A DNA stretch of 64,000 nucleotides. Source: a virus. Positions 20,501-28,956 of the stretch are shown here, in pieces; position 1 is the stretch's first letter, and each line of letters opens with the position of its first letter. The stretch lies in the IMG/VR virus record IMGVR_UViG_3300037851_000538, positions 20,368 through 84,367 of that record. The stretch is one strand, 5' to 3'. Both the position numbers and the translations under genes were made by a program. The notes beneath the pieces were generated by a model. The model searched no databases. It was not told the origin of the DNA and saw only the letters and a list, made by a program, of their open reading frames with translations.

Positions 20501-21383
20501 TCCTAGGTCTATAACCCAGACCCTATTGGATACCTCTGAACTGATATCACCATCTGCGATATTCAAGCGGGTATCTACCCCCGGGACTCCTATTTTCTAC
20601 AACCCTTTTAAGAGGGAAAGGTCCCCTGACGAGTGGATGTCCGAAGTTGCATCCAATAAGGATATCCTCAACAAGCAGTTTAGAGAGCAGTTAAAGACAT
20701 CTGCCGCCGACGAATTTGTTCCTGTGGACTATGTTTTGGAGTCAATGTCCGGGTCATTACTTAAAGTAGCGAAGTTAAACTCTTTTTGTGAGGAGCTCGA
20801 AAAAATATCCTCGGCCGCTAGTAGTAGGATACCATATCAGCCCTACAGGTTCGTCAAGTCCGACCACCACATCATGTCCCATTACTGGGACAAGTTAGGC
20901 CCCGAGGTGGAGAAAATGGACGACCCCTACACTGAAGAACTTAGTAAAAAAGAGGACCAGATAGAGGAACAAAAACACGTTGAAGCCTTGAGAGCGTATT
21001 ATCGAGAAGCGGCCAAGTCCCCTCCTGGCACTATGTCTGCTAAAAATCCCTTATCGGATTCTGAGTACCTTAAACCTCTTCTTTTGGGTTCGGCTGCTGG
21101 AGGGGCTGTAATGGGTATTCCTTTGTCCATGAACGCCATTGAGGTTTTTGAGCCTAAGACTTTGAAACATACTTTGGGGATCGGGGCGGCTGCTGTTGGT
21201 GGAACAGCTCTTTTGAGCGCCGGGTTGGCGTATCACATGGCCAGGAAAAACCCCTCGTTTACTACCGCTAAGTCCAAGGCCAAAAAGCTACATAAGCTCC
21301 CCGATCAAGATCTTAGGGCCATGCTGCGCGGGCTTTCCATTAAGGAAGAGGTTGTTAAAACCACTGAGCATTACATCAAATAA
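17586..21383 (+). CDS. Fusion: LigD-type 3'-phosphoesterase + ATP-dependent DNA ligase-like domain + SNF2-like helicase + glycine-zipper tail
   Basis: PE: HDAKKSGLHVDVRL, HSFVIPK, TFDHKIPYMDFTGTISTPYGKG. Ligase: PKLDG, AFPFDVV, EEGVVL, IKAKF, FQPRF..W.LDK. Helicase: GTGSGKT, DELH, GLTGS, AGGEGLDL, QAESRAVR. Confidence 0.85.
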   Translation: MGLLLFSKQASRISEAASSSKKNSSYLEEGYIGPGLPKKKVSDLPKVDLPERWEFSAHPHDAKKSGLHVDVRLGDPVSGIAHSFVIPKTDKLPEPGSNVRVIPTFDHKIPYMDFTGTISTPYGKGEVIPGRREVAEVYHSTPEKDPGTKVRFNLYSGSHPEEFAIRKDERGRWYLHNKTQTRERRPDIPDYKPKYKEVSVDSIDPSDESQAMMPKLDGAHGIIDLKAGRSPRVYSYRVGVKTPTGLIEHTHKIPELLKTKVPKELDGTIIRAEILGRDKDGKAIPAQEIGGLLNSKVWESRKKQEQSGVKLWAFPFDVVKHKGKDVSHLPFEDKVKILKKVEESFGPVELPEIVSGTLEKIELLNKIRSKAHPLTEEGVVLIDPKKPSAPIKAKFSPDFDVFVRDIHPAISGKTGEKHDRAGSISYSWTPNGPIVGQLGGFSHGEAREMIKNPDRYIGRVAKVKAMKVFKSESGDPGALFQPRFKEWHLDKGDIEKSSAASMLTKVSEMKKKADNSSLKKDVSLYDHQKRAIEKVKSHDGNLILSHGTGSGKTLTAIAAFESLREDGKATKALVVTPASLRANFIDNGVRKFTTSRASIIGNSEEAKKGIARSLDDPDPGSRYHVISYEMFSKDPEKAIKATGADTVIYDELHRIRNDQGVTYKTIKDARKHHRNFIGLTGSLMNNTPADLVPLVDAMTDGNHRLGTKARFETRFISESKGGKKINKPQVVKALLNPFVDHFETKDLSDAKMPKKVVEEVKVMMSPYQEELYRYVVNKMDPITAIKFRLGTTKLKTHDISNIFSQIIQARQVSNSPHTIDLSLPIQDAPDKSPKVKKLLDDVEEHLKETSDGQVVIHSNLIKGGVDVLSEGLKQRNIPFSTFVGKGQPGVTEDKRQKGVEEFNSGKKRVIVISAAGGEGLDLRNATMFAGLDGHFNPEKVNQAESRAVRAGGLSHRPEEDRRVIVKRYVSVVPRSITQTLLDTSELISPSAIFKRVSTPGTPIFYNPFKRERSPDEWMSEVASNKDILNKQFREQLKTSAADEFVPVDYVLESMSGSLLKVAKLNSFCEELEKISSAASSRIPYQPYRFVKSDHHIMSHYWDKLGPEVEKMDDPYTEELSKKEDQIEEQKHVEALRAYYREAAKSPPGTMSAKNPLSDSEYLKPLLLGSAAGGAVMGIPLSMNAIEVFEPKTLKHTLGIGAAAVGGTALLSAGLAYHMARKNPSFTTAKSKAKKLHKLPDQDLRAMLRGLSIKEEVVKTTEHYIK

Positions 21384-21430
21384 CGACTCAAGAAACGAAT
21401 CGTAGAGGGCCTTTCGGCACGAAAAAGATT

Positions 21431-22288
21431 TTGAAGAAAACTTTATCAAAGCGGCGGAGCGACATCTTGAAATACACCCAAAGGGAAGAAAGCGTCGTCA
21501 AAAAGGCTGAGAACTCCGAGATGGGTTCCGCAGAACGAGCAGTTGCTTTTGGAGTTCCCACATCCCTCGCTTCTTATCTTTCATGGAGAGCGGGTAAGGA
21601 ACTAGCCGGAGACATTGCATCCCGAACGGTTAGACATATTTCTCCCTTTGATTTTAGGGACTACAAGAACCTAAAGAGAGAGATGGGGATAACAGAAAAA
21701 GTCCCCATGTATCACAGCGATACTGGCCTTTTTGTTTCTGGAGAACAAGATCCAGACTTTCTCAAGCACCCTTTAAGGGACAAGTACACGGAGCAAGCTC
21801 GAAAAAACATAGCAGCTCAAAAGGGCCCTAGAATATTTGTTCGTAAAAATGATCCGTTATTGGCGGCACATGAATTAGGCCACGCTCGGTTTATGTTGGA
21901 TAACCCTCGTCTTAGCAGAGCAGTGGATATTTTGGGCAAGATTACGTCTAAGGCCGCCCTTCCTGCTGGAATTCTCATGGCGGCAGCGGGAGAAGAGGAC
22001 TCTCCTGTTGTTAAGGCAGCCCCTTTCGTTGCGGCTGCCGCAGGCGCCCCTGGACTTTTTGAGGAGGCTGAAGCTAGTTGGAGGGGCTTGTCGGCTCTGA
22101 AAAGGTTAGGGAAGTACTCTCCCGAGGAGCTGAGAAGAATGTCCCTTCGAGCTTTACGAAATTTGGGCATATACTCTCTACCCACATTTGCCGCTGCAAT
22201 ACCTGTAGGGGTCTTGTCTCTTATACGGTCTAGATCTTCTTCAGAAAAGAAAGACGATGGTGCCCAGGAACAGGGCCAAGCCTCTTGA
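21431..22288 (+). CDS. Putative membrane-associated zinc metallopeptidase
   Basis: AAHELGHA (HExxH), hydrophobic helices, downstream EEAEAS...AL..L as in YugP-like neutral Zn peptidases; start codon uncertain. Confidence 0.7.
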   Translation: MKKTLSKRRSDILKYTQREESVVKKAENSEMGSAERAVAFGVPTSLASYLSWRAGKELAGDIASRTVRHISPFDFRDYKNLKREMGITEKVPMYHSDTGLFVSGEQDPDFLKHPLRDKYTEQARKNIAAQKGPRIFVRKNDPLLAAHELGHARFMLDNPRLSRAVDILGKITSKAALPAGILMAAAGEEDSPVVKAAPFVAAAAGAPGLFEEAEASWRGLSALKRLGKYSPEELRRMSLRALRNLGIYSLPTFAAAIPVGVLSLIRSRSSSEKKDDGAQEQGQAS

Positions 22289-22823
22289 TAGCTTCAATAT
22301 GGTCCTCTGTCCCATACCCAGAATTCTTGTCCCATCCGTACTCAGGGTACGTTCTGCTCAAAGCCCGCATGAACGTGTCTCTAGCGACCTTGGCCAAAAT
22401 GCTTGCCGCAGAAACCTGCCAGAAATTAGCGTCTGCCTTGGGCTCGGCATTTATCGTTTCAAAGAACGCTTTGTCTGAAGGCGAACGTACCCCATCGACG
22501 ATGAGAGTGGTTTTGCTTCCTACGGATATTTTACCGTATAGACTGCGAAGAGCCTCTGACGCGGCTCTTTGCCAAGATTCAGCTATGCCCGCGGAATCAA
22601 CAACAGGGGGACTTGCCCACCCCAATCCGTAACAAATGGCAGCTTCTCTGATGGCTAGAACCAGGCTCTCTCTTTTCTTCGACGTGAGCTTTTTGGAGTC
22701 CACTACTTCTAACATCTGGGGATGTTCTTTTGGGAATACTGCTACGCAAACCACTAGAGGGCCGGCAAGGCAGCCCATCCCTACTTCGTCCATACCAGCT
22801 ATGACTTCTTTACACGTGTCCAT
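22230..22823 (-). CDS. rnhB: Ribonuclease HII
   Basis: GMDEVGMGCLAGP, DSKKL, IVDG, KAD...SAASILAKVARD, YGWDKNSGYGT..H, HRLSF. Confidence 0.95.
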   Translation of the reverse strand: MDTCKEVIAGMDEVGMGCLAGPLVVCVAVFPKEHPQMLEVVDSKKLTSKKRESLVLAIREAAICYGLGWASPPVVDSAGIAESWQRAASEALRSLYGKISVGSKTTLIVDGVRSPSDKAFFETINAEPKADANFWQVSAASILAKVARDTFMRALSRTYPEYGWDKNSGYGTEDHIEAIKRLGPVPGHHRLSFLKKI

Positions 22824-23151
22824 GAAAATGTCTTCCTTTCGTATAGACTTCTGCTTTTATGCCCGAATCGGATATGTTGATGATTGGAACCTCGCAGTCA
22901 TACATCTTGGCCCAGATCCGTATGTACTGCCTAAGAGGTGTTCTAGTGTTTTTGGACAAAGGTCTTTTGAGACTGGCTTCCAGAAAAAACTTTAGGGGGT
23001 CACTGGTGGGTAACGCTTTGAAGGTAGGGTCTATGACATCATCTCCTACGGCGGCTAGGATTCCTTCTCTGGCCTTTTCTATCCATTCTAGCCTTCTTCT
23101 AACTACGTCTCTTTGGTAGTTCATAGGGTGCATTATGCAAGTTAGCTTCAA
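22810..23151 (-). CDS. Hypothetical protein
   Basis: ORF overlapping the rnhB start; exact start uncertain. Confidence 0.5.
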   Translation of the reverse strand: MKLTCIMHPMNYQRDVVRRRLEWIEKAREGILAAVGDDVIDPTFKALPTSDPLKFFLEASLKRPLSKNTRTPLRQYIRIWAKMYDCEVPIINISDSGIKAEVYTKGRHFHGHV

Positions 23152-24940
23152 ATCCTGTCCATATGACGTCTACGATTGCGAAGATAACGACACCACCAAG
23201 TCGGAGTCTTTATACCAAGAAGACATACAGATTTTAGAGTCTACGTCCCTGATACCAGCGACACCGTCTCAGTTTGTAGAGTTCGCCGTCTTCATTCCAG
23301 AAAAAGGTCGATTGGAAAGGTTCAACTTTGCAAAACGTCCGTATCTAAGAGCCATATACGACACCCCCACCAAGAGGAGACTTCTGCTCGCTGGACGTCA
23401 GGTCGAGAAAAGTACACTTTTAGGTAATACCTGCCTCACCTACTCAGCTATGAACCCGTTTTTCAGAACCTTGTACGTCAGCCCGTCTAATCAGCAGACT
23501 AAGGTGTTTAGTAGAGACCGTATCAAGGAGCCCATTAACATATCTCCCGTACTTAAGACGTTTACGGACTCTAGACTACTAGACAATGTCTTGGAGAAGT
23601 CTTTCACCAACCAAGCCAAAATCATTCTTCGATTTGCCTTTCTGAATGCTGACCGCGTTCGAGGTAATCCTGCTGACCTAGTTATGATCGACGAGTTTCA
23701 GGACATTGTTCTGGATAATGTCCCGGTCATTGAGGAGTGCGCGTCTCACTCGTCATGGAAGATGTTTCTTTATAGTGGGACTCCTAAGTCCTTGGACAAC
23801 ACCCTTGAGTATTACTGGAGCAGATTCTCTACGCAGAACGAGTGGGTGGTTCCTTGTAAGAGACATGGACTTCCTAGCAGTCCGGGAAGTTGGCACTGGA
23901 ACATACTAGACGAGGACAATATTAGCCCGTCAGGTCTCATATGCGACAAGTGCGGTAGCCCTATTCATGCAGACGACCCAGACTGCTGTTGGATGGCTTT
24001 GAATCCAAAGCCGCGTGTAGAAAAGCCATATGAGGGATACAGACTTCCTCAGATTATGGTCCCTTGGGTAGATTTCTCTGACATTGCAGACAAGCAGCGT
24101 AAGTATTCACGAGCCAAATTCTACAATGAGGTTCTTGGTAGAAGCTATGACTCTGGAACTCGTCCTCTGACCCGTCAGGACGTATTTCAGAACTGCCGAG
24201 AAGATTTGTCGATGGAGTATTACCATCTAGTCGAGCAGCTATCGACATCATACCCCATATTCTTGGGCGCCGACTGGGGATCTGGAGAGAATACTTACAC
24301 AGTGATATCTTTGGGCGGATACCTTCCTTTTGACCCAGAGCACTTCACATATTTTTATCTAAAGAGGTTTGAAGGTGTAGAGTCCGACCCCCAGTTTCAG
24401 ATCAAAGCTATCAAAGATCTGGCGCGAAGGTTCAATGTTAGGTTTATTGGCGTAGACTACGGAGGAGGTCATTGGCCTAACGACGAACTGGTTCGGGAGT
24501 TCGGCGCTGAGAAGATAAAGAAATACCAGTACGTCGGAAACGTAAAGAAAAAGATAGCGTTTGAACCGCGTTTGGGAGTTCCTCGGTACCTGTGTCATAG
24601 AACCGAAGTTATGTCTGACGTTATGAACGCTGTGAAAAGGGCTAACGTCTTTCGCTACCCTAGGTGGGAAGAGTTTGAAGACCCATTCGGCATGGACTTC
24701 TTGAACATCTTTTCCGAGTATAACGACCGCCTACGTATGAACGTGTACCGGCATGCCCCGGGCATGACAGATGACTCTTTTCATTCGTGCCTGTATTGTT
24801 TTTTGGCGTCGTTCTTTTACAAGCCTCGACCGGACGTCATTCTTCCGACTCGAGAGGTTGATCGTTCTCGGAAGGTTCAGGAGACTCGGGACGCCTACGA
24901 GGGGGCGGAAGATTCCATGGACGATCTTGACGTTTCATAG
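23135..24940 (+). CDS. terL: Terminase large subunit (lambda gpA-like)
   Basis: Walker A GRQVEKST, Walker B VMIDEFQD, coupling motif YSGTP, zinc-finger-like WVVPC...ICDKCG, nuclease LGADWG / GVDYGG / DDSFHS. Confidence 0.9.
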   Translation: MQVSFKSCPYDVYDCEDNDTTKSESLYQEDIQILESTSLIPATPSQFVEFAVFIPEKGRLERFNFAKRPYLRAIYDTPTKRRLLLAGRQVEKSTLLGNTCLTYSAMNPFFRTLYVSPSNQQTKVFSRDRIKEPINISPVLKTFTDSRLLDNVLEKSFTNQAKIILRFAFLNADRVRGNPADLVMIDEFQDIVLDNVPVIEECASHSSWKMFLYSGTPKSLDNTLEYYWSRFSTQNEWVVPCKRHGLPSSPGSWHWNILDEDNISPSGLICDKCGSPIHADDPDCCWMALNPKPRVEKPYEGYRLPQIMVPWVDFSDIADKQRKYSRAKFYNEVLGRSYDSGTRPLTRQDVFQNCREDLSMEYYHLVEQLSTSYPIFLGADWGSGENTYTVISLGGYLPFDPEHFTYFYLKRFEGVESDPQFQIKAIKDLARRFNVRFIGVDYGGGHWPNDELVREFGAEKIKKYQYVGNVKKKIAFEPRLGVPRYLCHRTEVMSDVMNAVKRANVFRYPRWEEFEDPFGMDFLNIFSEYNDRLRMNVYRHAPGMTDDSFHSCLYCFLASFFYKPRPDVILPTREVDRSRKVQETRDAYEGAEDSMDDLDVS

Positions 24941-25223
24941 ACTCCTGGTACTTCTTAAAAGCCTCTGGGTAGCTCTTTATCATCTCAGCGCTTCGTGGGC
25001 TGAGTAGGTCTTCTGGATACAGCACTTTAACGGTTTCTTGGGGCTGCTTGGCTAAAGTTACGCTGTCTTGCGTAATATAGGTGTTCATTGCTCCGGCCAC
25101 GTGGACCGCTACCAACCTTCCGGAGTCGATCATCCGATAGATAGTGGCCCTGGAAACCCCAAGCTGTTTTTTTGCTTCATCTATGTCTATTAGGTTTTCT
25201 CCTTCGACCTTGATTCTTCCCAT
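24837..25223 (-). CDS. Excisionase-type (HTH_17-like) DNA-binding protein
   Basis: LIDIDEAKKQLGVSRATIYRMIDSGRL. Confidence 0.75.
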   Translation of the reverse strand: MGRIKVEGENLIDIDEAKKQLGVSRATIYRMIDSGRLVAVHVAGAMNTYITQDSVTLAKQPQETVKVLYPEDLLSPRSAEMIKSYPEAFKKYQESMKRQDRPWNLPPPRRRPESPEPSENDQPLESEE

Positions 25224-25287
25224 TCTAATCTCCACATGTTAGCGTTTGAATCAATCTTTTGTGGGTCATCAACAATGCGAGGCCGAA

Positions 25288-26832
25288 ATGGCGGATGAAT
25301 TCAGCTTTTTCTCCAACGCTTCTTCCTACGCCAAGCTTTCTTCCGACGATTTGAAGTCGTTGGGTAAAGAGGCGGCTTTAGACTTTCTTCAAGAAGGAAT
25401 CCCTTTGAACGACGCCGTTGTCAAGGTGGCCCAAAGGTATCCTAGCATTTCAACGCACCAAGTTCGTCGCGTTGTAGAGTTTGCCAACCAGGAAGCGTTC
25501 GCCAATCTGTTTGAGAAACAGGCTGGAGACAAGAACGTTGACTTCGACATTGCGGACCCGGCTGAGGTTCTTCACATCATCAATAGCGGGGTTAGGCCTG
25601 TGGAGGTATCGGCGTTTCCTGAAGAGTACGCCTCATGCCCAATCAAGATGGCCTCTTATGACGTAGAGTCGGACTTAACTCTGTGTCGAGAATTTGGGGT
25701 AGAGGTTACGTCTCCCGCCATGCGAAAGGTGGCCTCTTTACCCCAGCTGCAGCCGTCTCCTGCTGACCGTGTTTTGGCCAAGATAGCTTCTCTGAATGCT
25801 AGGTCTAAGAAAGGCTACGCAGGGGTTATTACCAAGATGGCGTTTGGAGAGGCGGCCCCAATGGCCGGTTCCAATCCCAACGATGGTATGTCTGCGGATG
25901 AACATCACGAAAGAATGCTGGCTCTTCAGCGAGAGATCGAACTGGCCAAGAAAAGGGAAGAACTGGCCAAAATTCAGCAGAAGGCCAATCAGGATTTGGG
26001 CCTGGCTCCTCCAGATCAGGCAGCTGGGGACCCTAATGCCGCAGGCGCAGGTCAGACCGGTATGCCTATGGAGCAGATGCAGCAGGATCCTTCTCAAGGA
26101 ATGGCTCCTCCTATGCCGGCACAGACACAGCCAGCGCCCGAACAGCCCATGCCTTTTGCAGGGCCCATGCTCTCTCCTCCGGGTGGCGGAGTCCCGAAAA
26201 CGGCTGCGAGCCTTCTTTCTTCTGCGCTTGCTCATGCTAAGGCTGGAAGGCCTATGTCTCGGGAGGTGGTTGAGGACTTGCAGAAATCTGCTTCGTTGGA
26301 AGAAATACGCTCATCCGTCCGTTCTAAAGAGACGCCTTATCCAAGCGCTGATCCTTATCGAGAGTTGGTAGAGACCAGACAAAAAGTTGCCAAGCTTCGG
26401 GAAGAAGCTGTCTGCGCTGCCGACACGAATAAGTTCATGGCTAAAGAGGCCGCAGACCTGTTCTACAAAGAAGCAGAACAGTTCCTTTGGAATGGTGGCC
26501 GGTTGGGTGAAGTTCTGCACATGATGGAATCTATTTCTCCCTCCTCGGAGATTTTGAAGGCTGCTTCTATTTCTTTGACGAAGAGGTTGAAAGACAGAGG
26601 GTTGGACAAGGTGGCCGCTAGGACAGACCTCATCGAGTATGAGATGTCTAATAAAGGCAAGCACCGTGTCGTAGACGATTCTCATCCAGTGGCTCAGTCT
26701 TTCGGGGCTTTTTGCAAACTAGCCTCCAACCAGCCTGTGCTGGAAACGTCTCGTAACGAGTTGAACCTCCTAAGTCAAAAGCTGGATTCTGCCTTGTCGG
26801 AGGTGTGGAGATTCAATGCTTCGTGCCAGTAA
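25288..26832 (+). CDS. Putative head core/internal protein, rich in K-x-A-S
   Basis: ATG 25288; EKQA, KMAS, KVAS, KIAS, KMA, KTAAS, KSAS, KEAA, KAAS, KVAA, KLAS; Pro/Gln/Met low-complexity segment. Confidence 0.6.
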   Translation: MADEFSFFSNASSYAKLSSDDLKSLGKEAALDFLQEGIPLNDAVVKVAQRYPSISTHQVRRVVEFANQEAFANLFEKQAGDKNVDFDIADPAEVLHIINSGVRPVEVSAFPEEYASCPIKMASYDVESDLTLCREFGVEVTSPAMRKVASLPQLQPSPADRVLAKIASLNARSKKGYAGVITKMAFGEAAPMAGSNPNDGMSADEHHERMLALQREIELAKKREELAKIQQKANQDLGLAPPDQAAGDPNAAGAGQTGMPMEQMQQDPSQGMAPPMPAQTQPAPEQPMPFAGPMLSPPGGGVPKTAASLLSSALAHAKAGRPMSREVVEDLQKSASLEEIRSSVRSKETPYPSADPYRELVETRQKVAKLREEAVCAADTNKFMAKEAADLFYKEAEQFLWNGGRLGEVLHMMESISPSSEILKAASISLTKRLKDRGLDKVAARTDLIEYEMSNKGKHRVVDDSHPVAQSFGAFCKLASNQPVLETSRNELNLLSQKLDSALSEVWRFNASCQ

Positions 26833-27103
26833 CGCAGCGTCCTTGCTGACTAAAGAAGCCTTGATTGGAAGGGCTTTGAGGTTGGGCGGAAGAGTCGCTG
26901 ACGCATCATTGCGAGGCGTGGGTGGTTTCATTCGTAAACACCCAGTGGCCTCCGTTGCTGCGGCGGGTGCTATTGGAACCTCCGTTCCTGTGGTGTCGGA
27001 GGGATTCAGGTCGGGTGCTAGAGGCGTGTCTCCTGACTACGCAAGGGCTCAAAGAATGGGGTATGCCGAAGACCCTAAGGCTCCATACCCGTATTCGTAT
27101 TGA
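26816..27103 (+). CDS. Small putative cargo protein (TKEA leader, amphipathic helix, HP + Gly/Ala TM-like segment)
   Basis: LLTKEA-LIGRALRLGG...RKHPVASVAAAGAIG. Confidence 0.55.
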   Translation: MLRASNAASLLTKEALIGRALRLGGRVADASLRGVGGFIRKHPVASVAAAGAIGTSVPVVSEGFRSGARGVSPDYARAQRMGYAEDPKAPYPYSY

Positions 27104-27117
27104 AAAAGGGGATTCAA

Positions 27118-28953
27118 ATGCCGATCAGTAATTACCTTATAGGGGGCGGGCTAGGTGCTCTAGGCGGGGCAGCCGGCGGTTATCTCTCTAGCAGTTCTGT
27201 AAGAAGTCCTTCAGACGTATGGGCCCCAACTGGGATTGGGGCTTTGACTGGAGCAGGAGTCGGTCTTTTAGGAGCTCGTCTCTCTAAGTCCAAGCTCGAG
27301 CAGATAGGGTCGGCGCTACGAGAATCCGTTAATGAGGCTAGTTTTTCTAGGAGGCAATCGGCAGCTAATAGAGCTCATGCCGAAAAGGGGCAGCTTATAG
27401 TAGATGAGCTTCGTCCTAGTATTCTCAAACGTGAATCTAGCCTTCCGGTTTTGGAAGAAGGTCTCGCTAAGTTTGAGGACAGGCTAACTAACGCTCAGTT
27501 GGTGGGTTCTCCTAAAACCATAGCGAAGGCTAAAATAAACTATGACCTAGCCAAACAAGTCGTAGATAAAGAGAGGCGCCTGTTAAAAGAAGAACGAGAC
27601 GAGGCGTTCCGTATTTCTAAAGGCGTACGGGGTCTTTTAGAAGAAGCCCGCAATCTTGATAAGGCGTACGAAGAAGCCAGACAGGCCACTGCTAAGAATC
27701 TTAAGTCTGATATCCTTACTCGCGTTCTGTACTCTGGAGTTCCGTCTGCCTTGTCCGGTTTTGCCGCCGGAAGTTTGGCTTCTCAGAAAGAAAAAGCTGC
27801 TGCTTTTACAGTAAACCCCTCTCTAAAGTCCAGACTTCAAGGTATTTTGGACAAGGCGAGAACTCAGTTAGTTGAGACTTATAGAGGTCCAGGAACCGTG
27901 GCCGGTGCTACAATGGGCGCCACTACGGGCGCCTCCGCTGAAGGACTTTTTTCGGATGATAGTGGTTATCCCTATAAAGGACTTTTAGCTGGTGCTATCG
28001 GAGGGGCCATACTGGGAGGACCTGTTGGAAGGTACGTTAGGGAGAGGGGCAATAAATGGCGTATCCAGCAAGAATTTGATCTGCTGTCTGGACAATACGG
28101 TCAGACTATGAAGAGACAATCCGAAGAAATAAGAGCCAGAGAAGCAGCCCTTGAGGCTGTTAAGAAGAAAAGGGAGGACCTTATAGCCCATTTAAATGAT
28201 TTAAGCGCGAAGATTAAGGAAGAGAGCCCAGACCCAGAGCTAGGCCCCCTTTTGAATCTAGAGCACGAACAGAAGAGTAGGCTCTTAAAAGGTTTAGATT
28301 CCAGTATTCGTAATGATATGGCAGATATTGAAAATATTAGGCTTTCGCGTCAAAGAATGCAGTCTCAAGTTGATAGAGACATTGCAGAGCTCGAGAGTAA
28401 AGTATTCATTAACGAGGCTGTAGGGGGACTGGCTGCTGGTGCGGTTGGAGGTTCACTGGCAGGTGCCGCAGTGGCACCTAAGGAGAAGACGTCGGCCATG
28501 AAAGACTTGGCAATCTCTGCTGGCAAGGGCGCTTTGATGGGGTTGGGGGTAGCTGCCGGAGGGGCATTGGTCAACGCCGCTATTAGTAAGGCCAAAGACA
28601 TACGCCAGGATATGAACAAGGCGACTTACTACAAGAATATGCTGGATGCGAATCCTACTTTACAGTCTGAGGATGTCAACCCGACGGAAGTTCAGCGACA
28701 TTTCGACACCTTGTTCAAATTCAACCCAGAGTACGCATCCGACCCGGTAGTTTCAGGATCGTATGTTCGCAACGCTTTGGACTACGCCCGTCCGAGTTTG
28801 GAAACGGTTAACAACATAGTCAACGCTCGAAGGAACATCGTTCAGACTAGACGGGATGAAGGGGGAGGGGGGTCTCCTAGACTTCAAGAAGCCGCCCTGA
28901 AAAATGTTATGTCAAACGCGCCAGAGTACGTTGAGATGATGGGCTGGAGCTGA
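27118..28953 (+). CDS. Tri-modular glycine-zipper/coiled-coil protein
   Basis: Two tandem units of [Gly-zipper hairpin, coiled coil, Gly zipper] ending in EKEKAAA and EKTSA, then a third Gly-zipper module. Confidence 0.65.
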   Translation: MPISNYLIGGGLGALGGAAGGYLSSSSVRSPSDVWAPTGIGALTGAGVGLLGARLSKSKLEQIGSALRESVNEASFSRRQSAANRAHAEKGQLIVDELRPSILKRESSLPVLEEGLAKFEDRLTNAQLVGSPKTIAKAKINYDLAKQVVDKERRLLKEERDEAFRISKGVRGLLEEARNLDKAYEEARQATAKNLKSDILTRVLYSGVPSALSGFAAGSLASQKEKAAAFTVNPSLKSRLQGILDKARTQLVETYRGPGTVAGATMGATTGASAEGLFSDDSGYPYKGLLAGAIGGAILGGPVGRYVRERGNKWRIQQEFDLLSGQYGQTMKRQSEEIRAREAALEAVKKKREDLIAHLNDLSAKIKEESPDPELGPLLNLEHEQKSRLLKGLDSSIRNDMADIENIRLSRQRMQSQVDRDIAELESKVFINEAVGGLAAGAVGGSLAGAAVAPKEKTSAMKDLAISAGKGALMGLGVAAGGALVNAAISKAKDIRQDMNKATYYKNMLDANPTLQSEDVNPTEVQRHFDTLFKFNPEYASDPVVSGSYVRNALDYARPSLETVNNIVNARRNIVQTRRDEGGGGSPRLQEAALKNVMSNAPEYVEMMGWS

Positions 28954-28956
28954 CCT

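Noticed and set aside
21383-21431. Possible readthrough or frameshift joining the ligase-helicase ORF to the peptidase ORF
   Set aside because: In-frame readthrough meets another stop within 17 codons and there is no canonical slippery heptamer; not supportable without homologs
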